Assembly: GCA_043814605.1 (NCBI GenBank)
Contig: JBDRJV010000002.1
Span: 26,374-90,373 of the forward strand
Direction: 5' to 3'
Length of the DNA: 64,000 nucleotides
From: Candidatus Omnitrophota bacterium
GTDB lineage: Bacteria; Omnitrophota; Gorgyraeia; B26-G9
The notes under the pieces: generated by a model
What the model saw: only the letters and a program-made list of their open reading frames with translations
Told to the model about the DNA's origin: nothing
The model's database searches: none
Made by a program: the position numbers and the translations under genes
Part shown: positions 38,657 to 49,146 of the stretch, piece by piece
Layout of the letters: each line of letters opens with the position of its first letter
Position numbering within the stretch: position 1 is the stretch's first letter

Positions 38657-40585
38657 TTATTTTTTTTCTATCAGGAAAGAAATTGTAAAGGTTGCGCCTT
38701 TGCCTTGTTCACTCTCTACTTTAATTTGAGCATTATGGTTTTCAACAATCCGGTAACAAATCGATAATCCTAATCCCATACCGCCATCAGGAGCCTTAGT
38801 TGTATAAAAAGGATTAAAAATATAGGATATTTGACTTTGAGGAATACCGCCGCCTGTATCCTGAAAAACCACAATTAAATTTTGCTGATCTTCACTTAAA
38901 AACACTTTAATATTTATTTGTTTATCTCTACTCTTATTCAATAAAATAGCATCTTTGGCATTGGTGATTAAGTTTATAAATAATTGTTGTAATTGATTTG
39001 CATCCGCACTAATCATTGGTAAATTATCCATAATTTCTTTACGTACTTCTATCTCACTCCTTTTTAGCTGTGCCTCAAGCAGCATTAAAGCATTATCAAT
39101 AGGATTTGTAATAATCAAATCTTTTAATTCAAATTCTGATTTTTTTGCAAAAAAACGTACATTTTTTATAATCGAATCCATTCTATCTGCCTGATAAATA
39201 ATCTGCTCCAAATCATTGCGCAGCGGGCTATCTCCTGGCAAATCCATTAAGATTGTCTGTGTAAACCCTCTGATTCCGGTTAAAGGCTGGGCTAATTCAT
39301 GGGAAATGCCTGCTGCCAACTGCCCCATTGCTGCCATTTTACCGGATTGAATCAATTCTTGTTGTACTTGTTTAAGATCAGCAAAAGCTTTTTTTAGCAG
39401 TTTTTCCGCTTTCTTTTTTTCAGTTATATCATGAGAAATAAATAAAATCTGATTTTTATTTAAAATATTGATTGTGCTCGAAAAATAACTCCATTGGCCG
39501 GATTTATGTTTTAAACGGAATTCTCTGACTTCTGAGAATTTTTCAATTCTTTTTTGAAAAAAAGCTTTTATTTTAAGCTTCAAATATTTTTTTAATAAAG
39601 GCATTGAATCCGTTATGTCCTGGGGATGCACAAGATCATATGCAGTTTTTTTCAATAATTCCCCGGAGGCATATCCTAATTTTTTTTCATAGGAGGGGCT
39701 TGCATATAAAAATTTTAACTTTAAATCAAAAGATACTATACAAATCAAATCATCTGTGTTTTCGGTGATTAATCGATATTTTTTTTCGCTTTCTAACAAT
39801 GCTTTTTCCACCAGTTTTTGCTTTGTAATATCACGTGCCGCTCCGACTATCCCAATTACTCCATCATGCTCATCTTTAACCGGAGACTCATCAATCTCCA
39901 GAAAAATATTCTCTCCATCTTTCTTTTTAACTTCCAGAATGTAAACCGGCTGTCTTTGCCCTGTTTTTATTGCTTTTTCTGTATTTTTAATCCCGGCTTC
40001 ATTTATCGGATTACCCGTGGTTAATTCTGTCCAGTTTATCTTCATTTCCTCGACGCTATATCCCATAATTTCTTGACACTGCGGACTGATATAGGTAAGA
40101 ACATTATCCGGATCATGCATATAAAAAATTTCATTGCTATGCTCAACTATATTGCGCAGTTTTGTTTCACTGTTTCTCAATCTATTCTCTGCAGATTTAA
40201 GTTCAGTAATATCATTCAGAAAAGTTAAGAGAACCGGCTCCCCTTGCAAGCTAATTATATGCGCTGAAAATAACCCCTGGCGGATATCGCCAGATTTGGT
40301 TTTTATTTCTAATATATAATTTTTAACATTTAAATTCTGTTTGATTTTTTCTTTAATTTCTTCTCTTATTGCATAATTTTGAAATATCCCCAATTCTTTA
40401 GAAGTTTTTCCAATTACCTCAAACTTTTCATAGCCTAATACACTTAAAAACTCCTCATTTACATCAATAAATTTTCCTTTTTCCAAAGTGCTTAGCGCCA
40501 TAAGCGCAACACTGGAATTGAAAATTTTAGAGAATTTTTCCTCACTCTCTTTTAAAATTTCATACACATCTTTATTTTTATCCAT
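38657..40585 (-). CDS. Cytoplasmic multi-PAS sensor histidine kinase.
   Basis: Three PAS-like modules, H-box ISHELAQPLTGIRGF and HATPase_c (QDTGGGIP…GMGLGLSICYRIVENH). No TM segments. Confidence 0.8.
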   Translation of the reverse strand: MDKNKDVYEILKESEEKFSKIFNSSVALMALSTLEKGKFIDVNEEFLSVLGYEKFEVIGKTSKELGIFQNYAIREEIKEKIKQNLNVKNYILEIKTKSGDIRQGLFSAHIISLQGEPVLLTFLNDITELKSAENRLRNSETKLRNIVEHSNEIFYMHDPDNVLTYISPQCQEIMGYSVEEMKINWTELTTGNPINEAGIKNTEKAIKTGQRQPVYILEVKKKDGENIFLEIDESPVKDEHDGVIGIVGAARDITKQKLVEKALLESEKKYRLITENTDDLICIVSFDLKLKFLYASPSYEKKLGYASGELLKKTAYDLVHPQDITDSMPLLKKYLKLKIKAFFQKRIEKFSEVREFRLKHKSGQWSYFSSTINILNKNQILFISHDITEKKKAEKLLKKAFADLKQVQQELIQSGKMAAMGQLAAGISHELAQPLTGIRGFTQTILMDLPGDSPLRNDLEQIIYQADRMDSIIKNVRFFAKKSEFELKDLIITNPIDNALMLLEAQLKRSEIEVRKEIMDNLPMISADANQLQQLFINLITNAKDAILLNKSRDKQINIKVFLSEDQQNLIVVFQDTGGGIPQSQISYIFNPFYTTKAPDGGMGLGLSICYRIVENHNAQIKVESEQGKGATFTISFLIEKK

Positions 40586-40679
40586 ATATTCTGTATCTGA
40601 CGTTTACCTCTAATTAAATTTAAAATATTCCTTTAATTATATTTTACTTTTATTTACACTAAAGAACAAGCTGAAATCA

Positions 40680-41609
40680 TCATCCAACCTGTATCTGCTC
40701 ACTTAACAGTTTGCCTTGGTAAGAGTTGCGTGCTTTTAATTCATTTTCTATATCTTTTATAACTTTTTGTTTATCATTTATCCAGGTTGGCCCGATGAGC
40801 ACATTTTCCCGGGTATTAGAAACCAACCTCATAATTACATATTCTTTATTTAAATTTTCTAAAAAATCACAAACTAAATCCACATATTCTGTTTTTGATA
40901 AAAGTTTAAACTTTTCTTTTTTATAAATTTCTTCAAACTGAGTGTTTTTTAAAATATGAAAAATATGAAATTTTATACCGTTAATCGGCATTTGGCTGAG
41001 TTTTTTAGCGCTTTGCATCATGTCCGCCTTTGTTTCTCCAGGCAGGCCTAAAATTACATGCACAGCTATCTTAATATTTCTTTTTGCTGTTTGCTCAATT
41101 GCGCTTTGACTTTGGCTGAATGTATGCTGGCGGTTTATTAATTTAAGGCTTTTTTCGTGTATTGTCTGAACCCCATACTCGATCCAAACTTCATACTTAT
41201 CTGTATAACTTTCAATCAAATCCAATTTTTCCGCATCAATACAATCCGGACGGGTAGAAATTGACAAACCAATAATTTCTGAAAATTCACGAATCACATC
41301 ATAAACATTCTTTAATTGTAGAACATCTGCATGAGTATTAGAGGCATTTTGAAAATAAGCAAAAAATTTTTCTGCCTTAAACCTCTTGCGGTAATATTCC
41401 ATGGAGGTAAGAATTTGGGTTTTAAGATTAACCTTTGTATCTTTAAAATTAGCAAAGCCGGCTTCATTACAAAAAAAACACCCTTTTGTTCCTTTACTTC
41501 CATCACGGTGCGGGCAACTAAACCCGGCATTTAAGCTGATTCGATGGACACGCGCTGAAAATTTCTGGCGTAAATAATTATTAAAAGAATAATAAGGCAC
41601 ATTTTCCAT
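40680..41609 (-). CDS. Radical-SAM protein, TIGR01212/YhcC family.
   Basis: Characteristic N-terminal SCPHRDGSKGTKGCFFC cluster. Confidence 0.75.
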   Translation of the reverse strand: MENVPYYSFNNYLRQKFSARVHRISLNAGFSCPHRDGSKGTKGCFFCNEAGFANFKDTKVNLKTQILTSMEYYRKRFKAEKFFAYFQNASNTHADVLQLKNVYDVIREFSEIIGLSISTRPDCIDAEKLDLIESYTDKYEVWIEYGVQTIHEKSLKLINRQHTFSQSQSAIEQTAKRNIKIAVHVILGLPGETKADMMQSAKKLSQMPINGIKFHIFHILKNTQFEEIYKKEKFKLLSKTEYVDLVCDFLENLNKEYVIMRLVSNTRENVLIGPTWINDKQKVIKDIENELKARNSYQGKLLSEQIQVG

Positions 41610-41620
41610 AATTTTTTATA

Positions 41621-42370
41621 TTATATTAAATCCCGCTGGGTTATGATTTCATAAGCAAACACTGTTGCAGCCATACTCACATTCAAAGAAAGCTTTGCGC
41701 CCTGCATCGGAATAAATACTTGCAAATTTAAAATCTTTTGAATTTCTGATGATATTCCGGTTGTCTCAGCCCCCAGAACCAGGGCTAGAGGAAATTTTAA
41801 TTTAGCTTTACTGATTTCTTTGGCTTTAAAATCAACCACTCCTCCGATAATAAAATAGCCTTTTTGTCCGGCAATTTTTATGGCAGCTAACAAATCCGAA
41901 GCTTTCGAAACCAAAACATGGTTTTCTCCGCCCTGGGCTACATGCATTACTGCTTCGGTAACAGAACAAGCTTCTTTTTCCGGAAGAATAATTGAAAAAT
42001 TGCCAAAACAAGCCAGACTTCTGATAATTAACCCCAAGTTTTGCGGATCATTTATCCGGTCTAAAAAAACCAAAGTTGTCCTATTTTTTAATGCTTTATC
42101 CAGCAACAAATCATATTCTGTATATTTAAAATCATTAACCCGCGCAATAATTCCCTGGATATTTTTTGCCCGTTTCATCTGTTCGATCTGACGCACAGAA
42201 ATATATTCGTAAGGAATTTTTTTAAGTTTTATTATTTTTTCTAAATCTTCAAAGTTAGAATTATCCTGCAGGAAAATTTTTTGTATGCTTCCAGGATTCT
42301 GCCTTAAGCGTTCCCGGATTGATTTTTTCCCGTACAAAAGCATATATTTCTTTACTTTATTTTTTACCAT
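41621..42370 (-). CDS. rlmB: SpoU/TrmH-family RNA 2'-O-methyltransferase (RlmB-like).
   Basis: N-terminal L30e-like domain and C-terminal SPOUT motifs (LVLGAETTGIS…IPMQG…SLNVSMAATV). Confidence 0.75.
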   Translation of the reverse strand: MVKNKVKKYMLLYGKKSIRERLRQNPGSIQKIFLQDNSNFEDLEKIIKLKKIPYEYISVRQIEQMKRAKNIQGIIARVNDFKYTEYDLLLDKALKNRTTLVFLDRINDPQNLGLIIRSLACFGNFSIILPEKEACSVTEAVMHVAQGGENHVLVSKASDLLAAIKIAGQKGYFIIGGVVDFKAKEISKAKLKFPLALVLGAETTGISSEIQKILNLQVFIPMQGAKLSLNVSMAATVFAYEIITQRDLI

Positions 42371-43396
42371 TTATTCTTTTCGATTAAATGCCAAATCAAT
42401 AAATTTTTGAATTAATTTATTATAAGTAATTCCGGCTTTTTCCGCAGACTGGGCAATTTCATCATTTTTAGCTAAACACGGATTAGCATTAGCTTCTAAA
42501 ATATAAACTCTCCCCTTAGGAGAAATTCTAATATCAAAGCGTGCATAAGCTTGTATATTTAAAACATGATACGCACGTTTGCAGGTCTCCGTTACTGTTT
42601 TTTCTAAACCTTCGGCTAATTTGCCGGCAAAAACATTTTTAATCCCCCATTTTTTCCGGTAATTATTATCCCATTTCGCTTTATATGTAGCAATCCGCGG
42701 TTCGTCTTCCTGTGTAATTGTGCCAAATTTCATTTCCCGCAAAGGCAGGACTTTAATTCTCCGCTGGCCTAAAACACTCACATAAAATTCCCGGCCTTCA
42801 ATATACTCTTCGGCAATTGCATCCATTTTCATTTTTTCGTGTGTAAATTTAACCCGTTCAATCAAAGACGCCTCATTATCCACAACCGAAGCTAAAGAAA
42901 TACCACGGGATGCTTCATCACATAAAGGTTTAACAACTAAAGGAAGTTTTAATTTTTTCGGCAGCCAGATCTTATGTTCACGGTGAAATGCATGAAACCG
43001 CGGGACTCTAATCCTGTGAAACCTTAATATTTTTTTATGTAATGCTTTATCATTACAAATAAGCAATGTTTTTGCCGAAGCTCCGGTATAAGGAATTTCG
43101 AGCATTTCCAGCAAAGCCACAAAATTTTTATCCAGAGATGACTTATTATCAAAAACTTCAGCCAGATTAAAAATTACATCCGGCGGATTTTCTTTTACTT
43201 CCTCAAGTAAAATATTTATATCACGGCAAATACCTAATACGCTAACTTTATGTCCATTAGCCAGAAGAGCTTCGTACACATTAGCCTCAGTATTCCAATC
43301 AATATCCTGAAATTCATCGATAAACTTATAGCCTCGAGGCTGCGGAACAGGTGTATCAAAAACAATTAATACGTTAAGTTTTTTCTTCATCTGCAA
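42371..43396 (-). CDS. ATP-grasp enzyme, D-alanine–D-alanine-ligase-like.
   Basis: EEYIEGREFYVSVLG and AYARFDIRISPKGRVYILEANANPC resemble the Ddl C-terminal ATP-grasp motifs. The N-domain is atypical. Confidence 0.5.
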   Translation of the reverse strand: MQMKKKLNVLIVFDTPVPQPRGYKFIDEFQDIDWNTEANVYEALLANGHKVSVLGICRDINILLEEVKENPPDVIFNLAEVFDNKSSLDKNFVALLEMLEIPYTGASAKTLLICNDKALHKKILRFHRIRVPRFHAFHREHKIWLPKKLKLPLVVKPLCDEASRGISLASVVDNEASLIERVKFTHEKMKMDAIAEEYIEGREFYVSVLGQRRIKVLPLREMKFGTITQEDEPRIATYKAKWDNNYRKKWGIKNVFAGKLAEGLEKTVTETCKRAYHVLNIQAYARFDIRISPKGRVYILEANANPCLAKNDEIAQSAEKAGITYNKLIQKFIDLAFNRKE

Positions 43397-43421
43397 TTTT
43401 TTTAGTAAATAAAATTATTAA

Positions 43422-43811
43422 TCATTCCTGGTTAAAGATTTTATTGATTTGATCAATCAAAACCTGAGCATCAAACGGCTTTGTCACAAAGCCGGCTATG
43501 CCTTGGCGCTCAATTAATATTTTCAACTGCTGATTATCCGTTCCGGTCATAATAATCACCGGTACTTTTGGGATAATCTCTTTAATTTTATTCATAACCA
43601 TAAGCACGGTAAGGCCGTCGGCTTCTGGCATCATTACATCTAAAAGCACTAAGTCCGGCTTTTCAAAAATTAGCTTACTCAGGCATTCTTTACCGCTATG
43701 AGCTACAATTGTTTCGAATTTATTTGCTCTTAGACGTGATTCCACTAACTTTGTCAAATTCTGATCATCATCTACCACTAATATTTTCTTGGCCATTTTT
43801 CCCCTCCTCAA
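43422..43811 (-). CDS. Single-domain CheY-like response regulator.
   Basis: 129 aa, receiver domain only (ILVVDDDQNL…DLVLLDVMMP…IIMTG…K). Confidence 0.8.
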   Translation of the reverse strand: MRRGKMAKKILVVDDDQNLTKLVESRLRANKFETIVAHSGKECLSKLIFEKPDLVLLDVMMPEADGLTVLMVMNKIKEIIPKVPVIIMTGTDNQQLKILIERQGIAGFVTKPFDAQVLIDQINKIFNQE

Positions 43812-43904
43812 TAAGCCCGCGACAGCGGGCGAATTAATCTCGAACCCTTTTTGGGTAAGAGACCTTTAATTAAAATATAAGAAAAACCTTAAATAACTAA
43901 TTCA

Positions 43905-44058
43905 TCAATCTATCAATTTAGCAATCTAGCAATTTAACAGTTTAACAGTTTATCAATTTATCAATTTAACAATATAACAATATAACAATTTAACAATTTA
44001 ACAATTTAACAATTTAACAATTTAACAGTTTAACAATTTAACAATTTAACAGTTTAAT
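43905..44058. repeat. Tandem array of about 19 copies of the 8-bp unit AATTTAAC and variants.
   Basis: Directly readable units: AATCTATC, AATTTAGC, AATTTAAC x many, AGTTTAAC, AATATAAC. The same unit recurs at 54806-54872. Confidence 0.8.
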
Positions 44059-45088
44059 ACTTCCTGTTCTTTTCTCCTCTTAACCTTCCGGTATACATAT
44101 AATTCATCATTAAACTGGTAATATATGCCGTAATTTTTAAAATCATTATACTTTCCGTATCTTTAATAATTAAATCTAAATCCTTAGATCTTTTAATTAA
44201 GGTTTTAACCAATCCATCAACAATATATTTTTTCTCACCTGTCCAGGTTGAAACACTATTAATTATTTGTTCTCTATATTTGTGAATTACTTTGTAGGCT
44301 TTTATGTGTTTTTTGTCTTCTTCAGTATTTAAACAAAAAATTCGTTTTAAATTTGTATCGTGAAAATCAAGAAAATCTTCCGCATAGGTATGTTTTTTTT
44401 TCTTATAATAATTTGCTAATGTTGAGGTTAGTTTTGCCGCCTGCCAGAATTTTTTCCCTTTTTCAACCCAGGGGTCTTTATCTTTTATTTGCGCCATTAA
44501 CTTATCTACATATTTAAGCTTTTGTAAAGCTCCCCAGCCCTTATATTGATTTTGCCAGTCAATATCCGGACAAAGCCAAACTGCAAACGTTTCGGCAAAA
44601 TCTTCATCCGGATGGTACTGTGCATAATAATCTTCCAAATGCCTGACAAAATTCTTACTGTAGAGCCGGAAACGGTAAGTATCCTTATATTCCTGATCAA
44701 ACGCACCAAAAAAATTTTGCCAGTTTGTTTTTTTGTACAACTTATAGGCATAATTTATAGCATGGCCTGTTTCGTGGCGCAATAACTGCATACACCAGGT
44801 TTTTGTCCCGCCTTCGACACTCAGCATCATTTGTTTTTCTAATTTCATCAAAGCCGGATGCGCCAGGAAAAAGGGAATACCCACAACCGGTTCGCCGTCC
44901 GGCGCAAGCCACTCATCCGCTAAATAACATTGCGGTTTGAATTTTATGCTTTTTGCCTGAAGTTCGTGATAAAGTTTATCCACACATTCCGCTAACCAAC
45001 ACTGATCTATGCTCAACGGTAAATCCCGAATCCTGGTTTTCAGCAAATCTACTTCGGGAACATTATCTAAATTTATTTTTTGTGCCAT
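44054..45088 (-). CDS. Putative zinc-dependent hydrolase (HExxH protein).
   Basis: 344 aa with a single HETGH motif (LLRHETGHAINYAY). No signal peptide and no confident family assignment. Confidence 0.45.
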   Translation of the reverse strand: MAQKINLDNVPEVDLLKTRIRDLPLSIDQCWLAECVDKLYHELQAKSIKFKPQCYLADEWLAPDGEPVVGIPFFLAHPALMKLEKQMMLSVEGGTKTWCMQLLRHETGHAINYAYKLYKKTNWQNFFGAFDQEYKDTYRFRLYSKNFVRHLEDYYAQYHPDEDFAETFAVWLCPDIDWQNQYKGWGALQKLKYVDKLMAQIKDKDPWVEKGKKFWQAAKLTSTLANYYKKKKHTYAEDFLDFHDTNLKRIFCLNTEEDKKHIKAYKVIHKYREQIINSVSTWTGEKKYIVDGLVKTLIKRSKDLDLIIKDTESIMILKITAYITSLMMNYMYTGRLRGEKNRKY

Positions 45089-45142
45089 TATTTTTTCACT
45101 GTTGCTGTTTTTTCTATTAACTTCTACTGGGTCCAGAATCTG

Positions 45143-45547
45143 TTACCAAAATTTTCCGCGAGGAGGAATTACTTCTTCTTCCTCCTCTTCTTCCTCTTCT
45201 TCCTCTTCTTCTGTTTCCGTACCATGATAAGAACAGACCACTACTGTCTGATAACTAGGATGAGATGAAGCATATGACTCCCAGGCATAAACTCCGCCGT
45301 TAGGACAACTCGGCATTTTGCTTAAATATCCTTCATCCAATAATTCCTGAAAAGTATCAGCATGCTGTTTTGTGTGGGATAAATACATGGTCTCTGCATT
45401 TTGTATCACTGCCCGGTTCTCAACACAAACACTCCTTTCTGCCGTACGCCGTCCGGAGAGAACTGCTAAAAAAGAATTTGCGCCCAAAAGCACAATAATT
45501 GCTAAAACAACCATAATTTCAATAAAAGTAAATCCCTTATTATTCAT
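45143..45547 (-). CDS. Type IV pilin/pseudopilin-like protein with a C-terminal poly-glutamate tract.
   Basis: Prepilin class-III N-terminus KG|FTFIEIMVVLAIIVLL and Cys-containing head domain. Fifteen consecutive Glu are encoded by a GAAGAG repeat at about 45172-45216. Confidence 0.75.
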   Translation of the reverse strand: MNNKGFTFIEIMVVLAIIVLLGANSFLAVLSGRRTAERSVCVENRAVIQNAETMYLSHTKQHADTFQELLDEGYLSKMPSCPNGGVYAWESYASSHPSYQTVVVCSYHGTETEEEEEEEEEEEEEVIPPRGKFW

Positions 45548-45549
45548 CT

Positions 45550-46107
45550 TTATTCCTGAGGATCATTTAATCTGACAATAACCGGCGGAGAATTGATCAC
45601 ATTGCAATAAATTTCGGTAATCTCAGTATTATGTTCATACGGCGACGGGCAGGCATAAACTCTAACATCATCCCGTTCTTTAAAAATATACGCTTTTTTA
45701 CTTACCGGGCAAATAAGTTCTTTATTTAAATATCTTCCTTTAACTAATTCATCCATTTCCTGCGGAAATTTTCCCTGATCTGCATAAAATAAATCTAAAG
45801 CTTTTCTTAAACGCCATAAATTAAGAAGGCAGCCGTCAATTTTAATATCAAACTCAGACCTTTCTCCCCTAGCCCAGGGCTGCGGTGTACGCAAAGGGCT
45901 GCTTCTACTAAATAATTTTCCGCACAAAGAAAAAACTAAGACCGTAATTATCATCAAGCCGACAATCAAAGATATTCTTCTTCCTTTTAAATTAACTGCT
46001 GATGATTTTTTTTGCTCGATTATTTCTTCCTGAGCTTCGGCTTGTTTTTTTGATTTAAAATCAGAAAATATATTTTTCAATTCCTGATCTATATTATGAT
46101 CATTCAT
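45550..46107 (-). CDS. Hypothetical bitopic membrane protein, possibly pilus-associated.
   Basis: Cytoplasmic acidic N-terminus, one TM helix, and a periplasmic Cys-containing domain. It sits 3 nt after the pilin gene. Confidence 0.4.
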   Translation of the reverse strand: MNDHNIDQELKNIFSDFKSKKQAEAQEEIIEQKKSSAVNLKGRRISLIVGLMIITVLVFSLCGKLFSRSSPLRTPQPWARGERSEFDIKIDGCLLNLWRLRKALDLFYADQGKFPQEMDELVKGRYLNKELICPVSKKAYIFKERDDVRVYACPSPYEHNTEITEIYCNVINSPPVIVRLNDPQE

Positions 46108-46151
46108 GTTTTTTTGGTTCTACCTTTTACTTTTCACCTTAATGATTTTTT

Positions 46152-48347
46152 TTATTTACGTTTTAAAAGCAGTTTGACCCGAGCTAACAACCTGACTCCG
46201 TCAAAAGGTTTGGCAATATAATCATCAGCTCCGGCATCTAATCCTTCAATCTCACTACTTGTATCTTTTTTAGCGGTAAGGAGAATAATCGGAATCCCCG
46301 CTGTTTTTAATTCAGACCGGATCCTGCGCGTTGCTTGAAATCCGTCCATAACCGGCATCATTACATCCATAATTAATAAATCCGGCGCTGTTCTCATACA
46401 GGCTTCAAAAGCTTCCTGGCCGTTTTCCGCTTCAATAATATCAAACCCTGCACTTTTTAAGCGCATACCCACAAGCTTACGAATATTTTTTTCATCATCT
46501 GTAACCAGAACCAGTGGTTTTTCCCGCAGAGGTTTTTGTTTAATAAGTTCTGTCTCAATCTGTTTCGGTTTTCCTTCTGGTTTTACTGCTGGTTTTACTT
46601 CTGGCTGGCCCTCAACTAAAGATTTTTCTTCAACCTGTTCTAAAACTGAAGTCTGCGTAACCTCTTCCAGAGTTGTTATCCCTAAAGCAACTTTCTCTAT
46701 CCCCGCCTCAGCCAAACTCCTTAACCCGGAATTTTGCGCCATAAGCGCAATTTCTGTTTGGGTTGCATTTTCTGAAACAAGAGCTTTAATTTTTTTCGTA
46801 AATTCAAATAGTTCCACAATCGCTACGCGGCCTAAATATCCGCTAAAACTGCATTCCGCACACCCCTTACCGTGATAAAATTTAGAGATACTGTATTTTT
46901 TAATAAAATTGGCAAATTTTTCCTGTAATTTTTTATCCGGGTTATATCCTTCTTTACAATGCGGGCAAATAACCCGCACCAAACGCTGCGCAATAATCAA
47001 AACTACAGAAGAAGCAATTAAATATGGCTCAAGGCCAATATCCAGAAGGCGGCTGATTGAAGATACCGCGTCATTAGTGTGCAATGTGGAAAAAACCAGA
47101 TGCCCGGTTAACGCAGCTTTAAACGCAACCTCTGCGGTCTCTGAGTCCCGGATTTCCCCGACTAAAATCACATCCGGGTCCTGGCGCAAGATACTACGCA
47201 GTCCGGCAGCAAAAGTAACATCTTTTTTCGGGTTAATCTGAATCTGGTTAATCCCTTCCATTAAATATTCAATCGGGTCTTCAACTGTAACAATATTTTT
47301 TGTCTCATTTTTTATATAAGCCAAGGCCGCATAAAGCGTGGATGTTTTCCCGGACCCTGTCGGCCCGGTAACTAACACCATTCCCTGCGGCCGGGTAAAA
47401 ACTTCTTTCATTATTTCCAATTCATTCGGAGCAAAACCTAATGTATCTATTTTAATTTTGGCTTTTTGCGGGTCTAATACGCGAAATACAATTTTTTCTC
47501 CGTAATAAGCCGGGATAATGGAAATTCTCAAATCAATTTTCCGGTTATTATACATTATATCTGCCCGGCCGTCTTGCGGTTTTCTTGTCTCCGCAATATC
47601 AAGATTAGAAAGAATTTTTACACGGGCTGTAAATTGCGGATACATTTCACTGGGAATTTTCATAATATTTTTTAAATAACCGTCCACGCGGTAACGTACA
47701 TCCACAAAATTTTCTTGCGGCTCAACATGAATATCCGTCGCCCGGTTACGGATAGCGTCGCTTAAAATAACTTTGACTAATCTGACCACCGGAGAACGTT
47801 CTAAATCAAATCTATTTGCATCAGTTATTTTGCCATCCGATGATTTATCATCCTTGATTACCTCTAAAGAAGAATCATCAACAATATTTTTTAATAAATC
47901 ATAGAGCGAATCATCAATATGATAGTGTTTTTCAATCTGGGTGGCAATATCTGTTTTACTGGCCAATACCGGCTGAATCGGGAATTTAACTAATAACCTT
48001 AAATCATCTAAAGCCACAATGTCCTGGGGATTACTCATAGCCAGAAGCAAATTGTTATTTTCCGTACGGATGGGGAAAACTCCGTAACGCCTGGCTAAAT
48101 CATAGGAAATTACTTTTATTGCATGATCATCTATTGTTTGGCCATTTAAGTTAATGATCGGCATTTTAAAAAAGCGCGATAAAACTTCCATCATTTTCTC
48201 TTCTGCAATAAATCCCATTTCTACTAATACATCTTGGATCGGGATTTTTGCACCGAGTTGACGCTGGCGCGCTTCTTGTAACTGAGCATCCGTAATAAGC
48301 TTTTCCTCAATTAAAACAGTTATTAATGTTTTAAACACAAGCTTCAC
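46152..48347 (-). CDS. GspE/PilB-family secretion/pilus ATPase fused to a C-terminal receiver domain.
   Basis: T2SSE_N-like N-domain, Walker A GPTGSGKTST, the VGEIRD motif and the His-box TLHTND. The C-terminal ~130 aa is a REC domain (LVLVTDDEKNI…DLLIMDVMMP…ILLTAKKD). Confidence 0.85.
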   Translation of the reverse strand: MKLVFKTLITVLIEEKLITDAQLQEARQRQLGAKIPIQDVLVEMGFIAEEKMMEVLSRFFKMPIINLNGQTIDDHAIKVISYDLARRYGVFPIRTENNNLLLAMSNPQDIVALDDLRLLVKFPIQPVLASKTDIATQIEKHYHIDDSLYDLLKNIVDDSSLEVIKDDKSSDGKITDANRFDLERSPVVRLVKVILSDAIRNRATDIHVEPQENFVDVRYRVDGYLKNIMKIPSEMYPQFTARVKILSNLDIAETRKPQDGRADIMYNNRKIDLRISIIPAYYGEKIVFRVLDPQKAKIKIDTLGFAPNELEIMKEVFTRPQGMVLVTGPTGSGKTSTLYAALAYIKNETKNIVTVEDPIEYLMEGINQIQINPKKDVTFAAGLRSILRQDPDVILVGEIRDSETAEVAFKAALTGHLVFSTLHTNDAVSSISRLLDIGLEPYLIASSVVLIIAQRLVRVICPHCKEGYNPDKKLQEKFANFIKKYSISKFYHGKGCAECSFSGYLGRVAIVELFEFTKKIKALVSENATQTEIALMAQNSGLRSLAEAGIEKVALGITTLEEVTQTSVLEQVEEKSLVEGQPEVKPAVKPEGKPKQIETELIKQKPLREKPLVLVTDDEKNIRKLVGMRLKSAGFDIIEAENGQEAFEACMRTAPDLLIMDVMMPVMDGFQATRRIRSELKTAGIPIILLTAKKDTSSEIEGLDAGADDYIAKPFDGVRLLARVKLLLKRK

Positions 48348-48351
48348 CTTT

Positions 48352-49104
48352 TTAATTTAATATTTCTTTTATTTTTGCCAATAATTCTTCGGCACTAAAA
48401 GGCTTGGTCAAATAACCGCTAATTTCCTCTGTCTCTAAGAGACTTCTTATCTCTTCCCCGGCACAAGCACTTAAAATTAATACGGGTATTTTAGGAATTG
48501 ATTCATCCCCTTCACTGGATTGCCTTAGTTCTTTTAGTGTAATCAAAGTGCTGTAACCATCCATTTCCGGCATCATTACATCGAGTAAAATTAAATCCGG
48601 TTTAGCCGCCATGATTTTTTCAATACATTCAACCCCGTTACTAGCAGTGATTACATCATAACCATTCGCTTTTAACCTGAACTCCATTAATTTAACTACA
48701 TGCGCCTCATCATCAACAATGAGTATTTTTTTCCTACGGGAAGGGGCCGCAATCTCAGAAGAAAACTTATTAATAATTTTATCAATATCTTCTAATTCAC
48801 AAGGCTTACTTAAATATTCATCTACACCAACGGATTTAGCAAAAAAATCCTGCATGCCGGAATATCCGGTTAAAATCACGGTTTTTGTCCTGATTTTATT
48901 TTCTTTGATAAACTTCACCAGCTCCATCCCGGTCATTTCCGGCATATTATGATCAATAAAAGCGACATCATAATTATTTTCTTTAATCATTTTTTTTGCC
49001 TGCAAACCATTCTCGGCAATCTCAATAGTGTGCCCCTTCCGCGTTAAGTAAGTATTTAACAAATCTGTAATTATTTTAGTATCATCGGCAACTAATATTT
49101 TCAT
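48352..49104 (-). CDS. Dual-receiver (REC-REC) response regulator.
   Basis: Two complete receiver domains (ILVADDTKII…FIDHNMPEM…; ILIVDDEAHV…LLDVMMPEMDG…). No output domain. Confidence 0.8.
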   Translation of the reverse strand: MKILVADDTKIITDLLNTYLTRKGHTIEIAENGLQAKKMIKENNYDVAFIDHNMPEMTGMELVKFIKENKIRTKTVILTGYSGMQDFFAKSVGVDEYLSKPCELEDIDKIINKFSSEIAAPSRRKKILIVDDEAHVVKLMEFRLKANGYDVITASNGVECIEKIMAAKPDLILLDVMMPEMDGYSTLITLKELRQSSEGDESIPKIPVLILSACAGEEIRSLLETEEISGYLTKPFSAEELLAKIKEILN

Positions 49105-49146
49105 AAGTTCACCTTTTTTTATCTGACAATTATTAATAAAGAATTA

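Noticed and set aside
41312-41534. Small ORFs on both strands inside the radical-SAM gene.
   Set aside because: They overlap a confidently assigned CDS in other frames and have no independent support.
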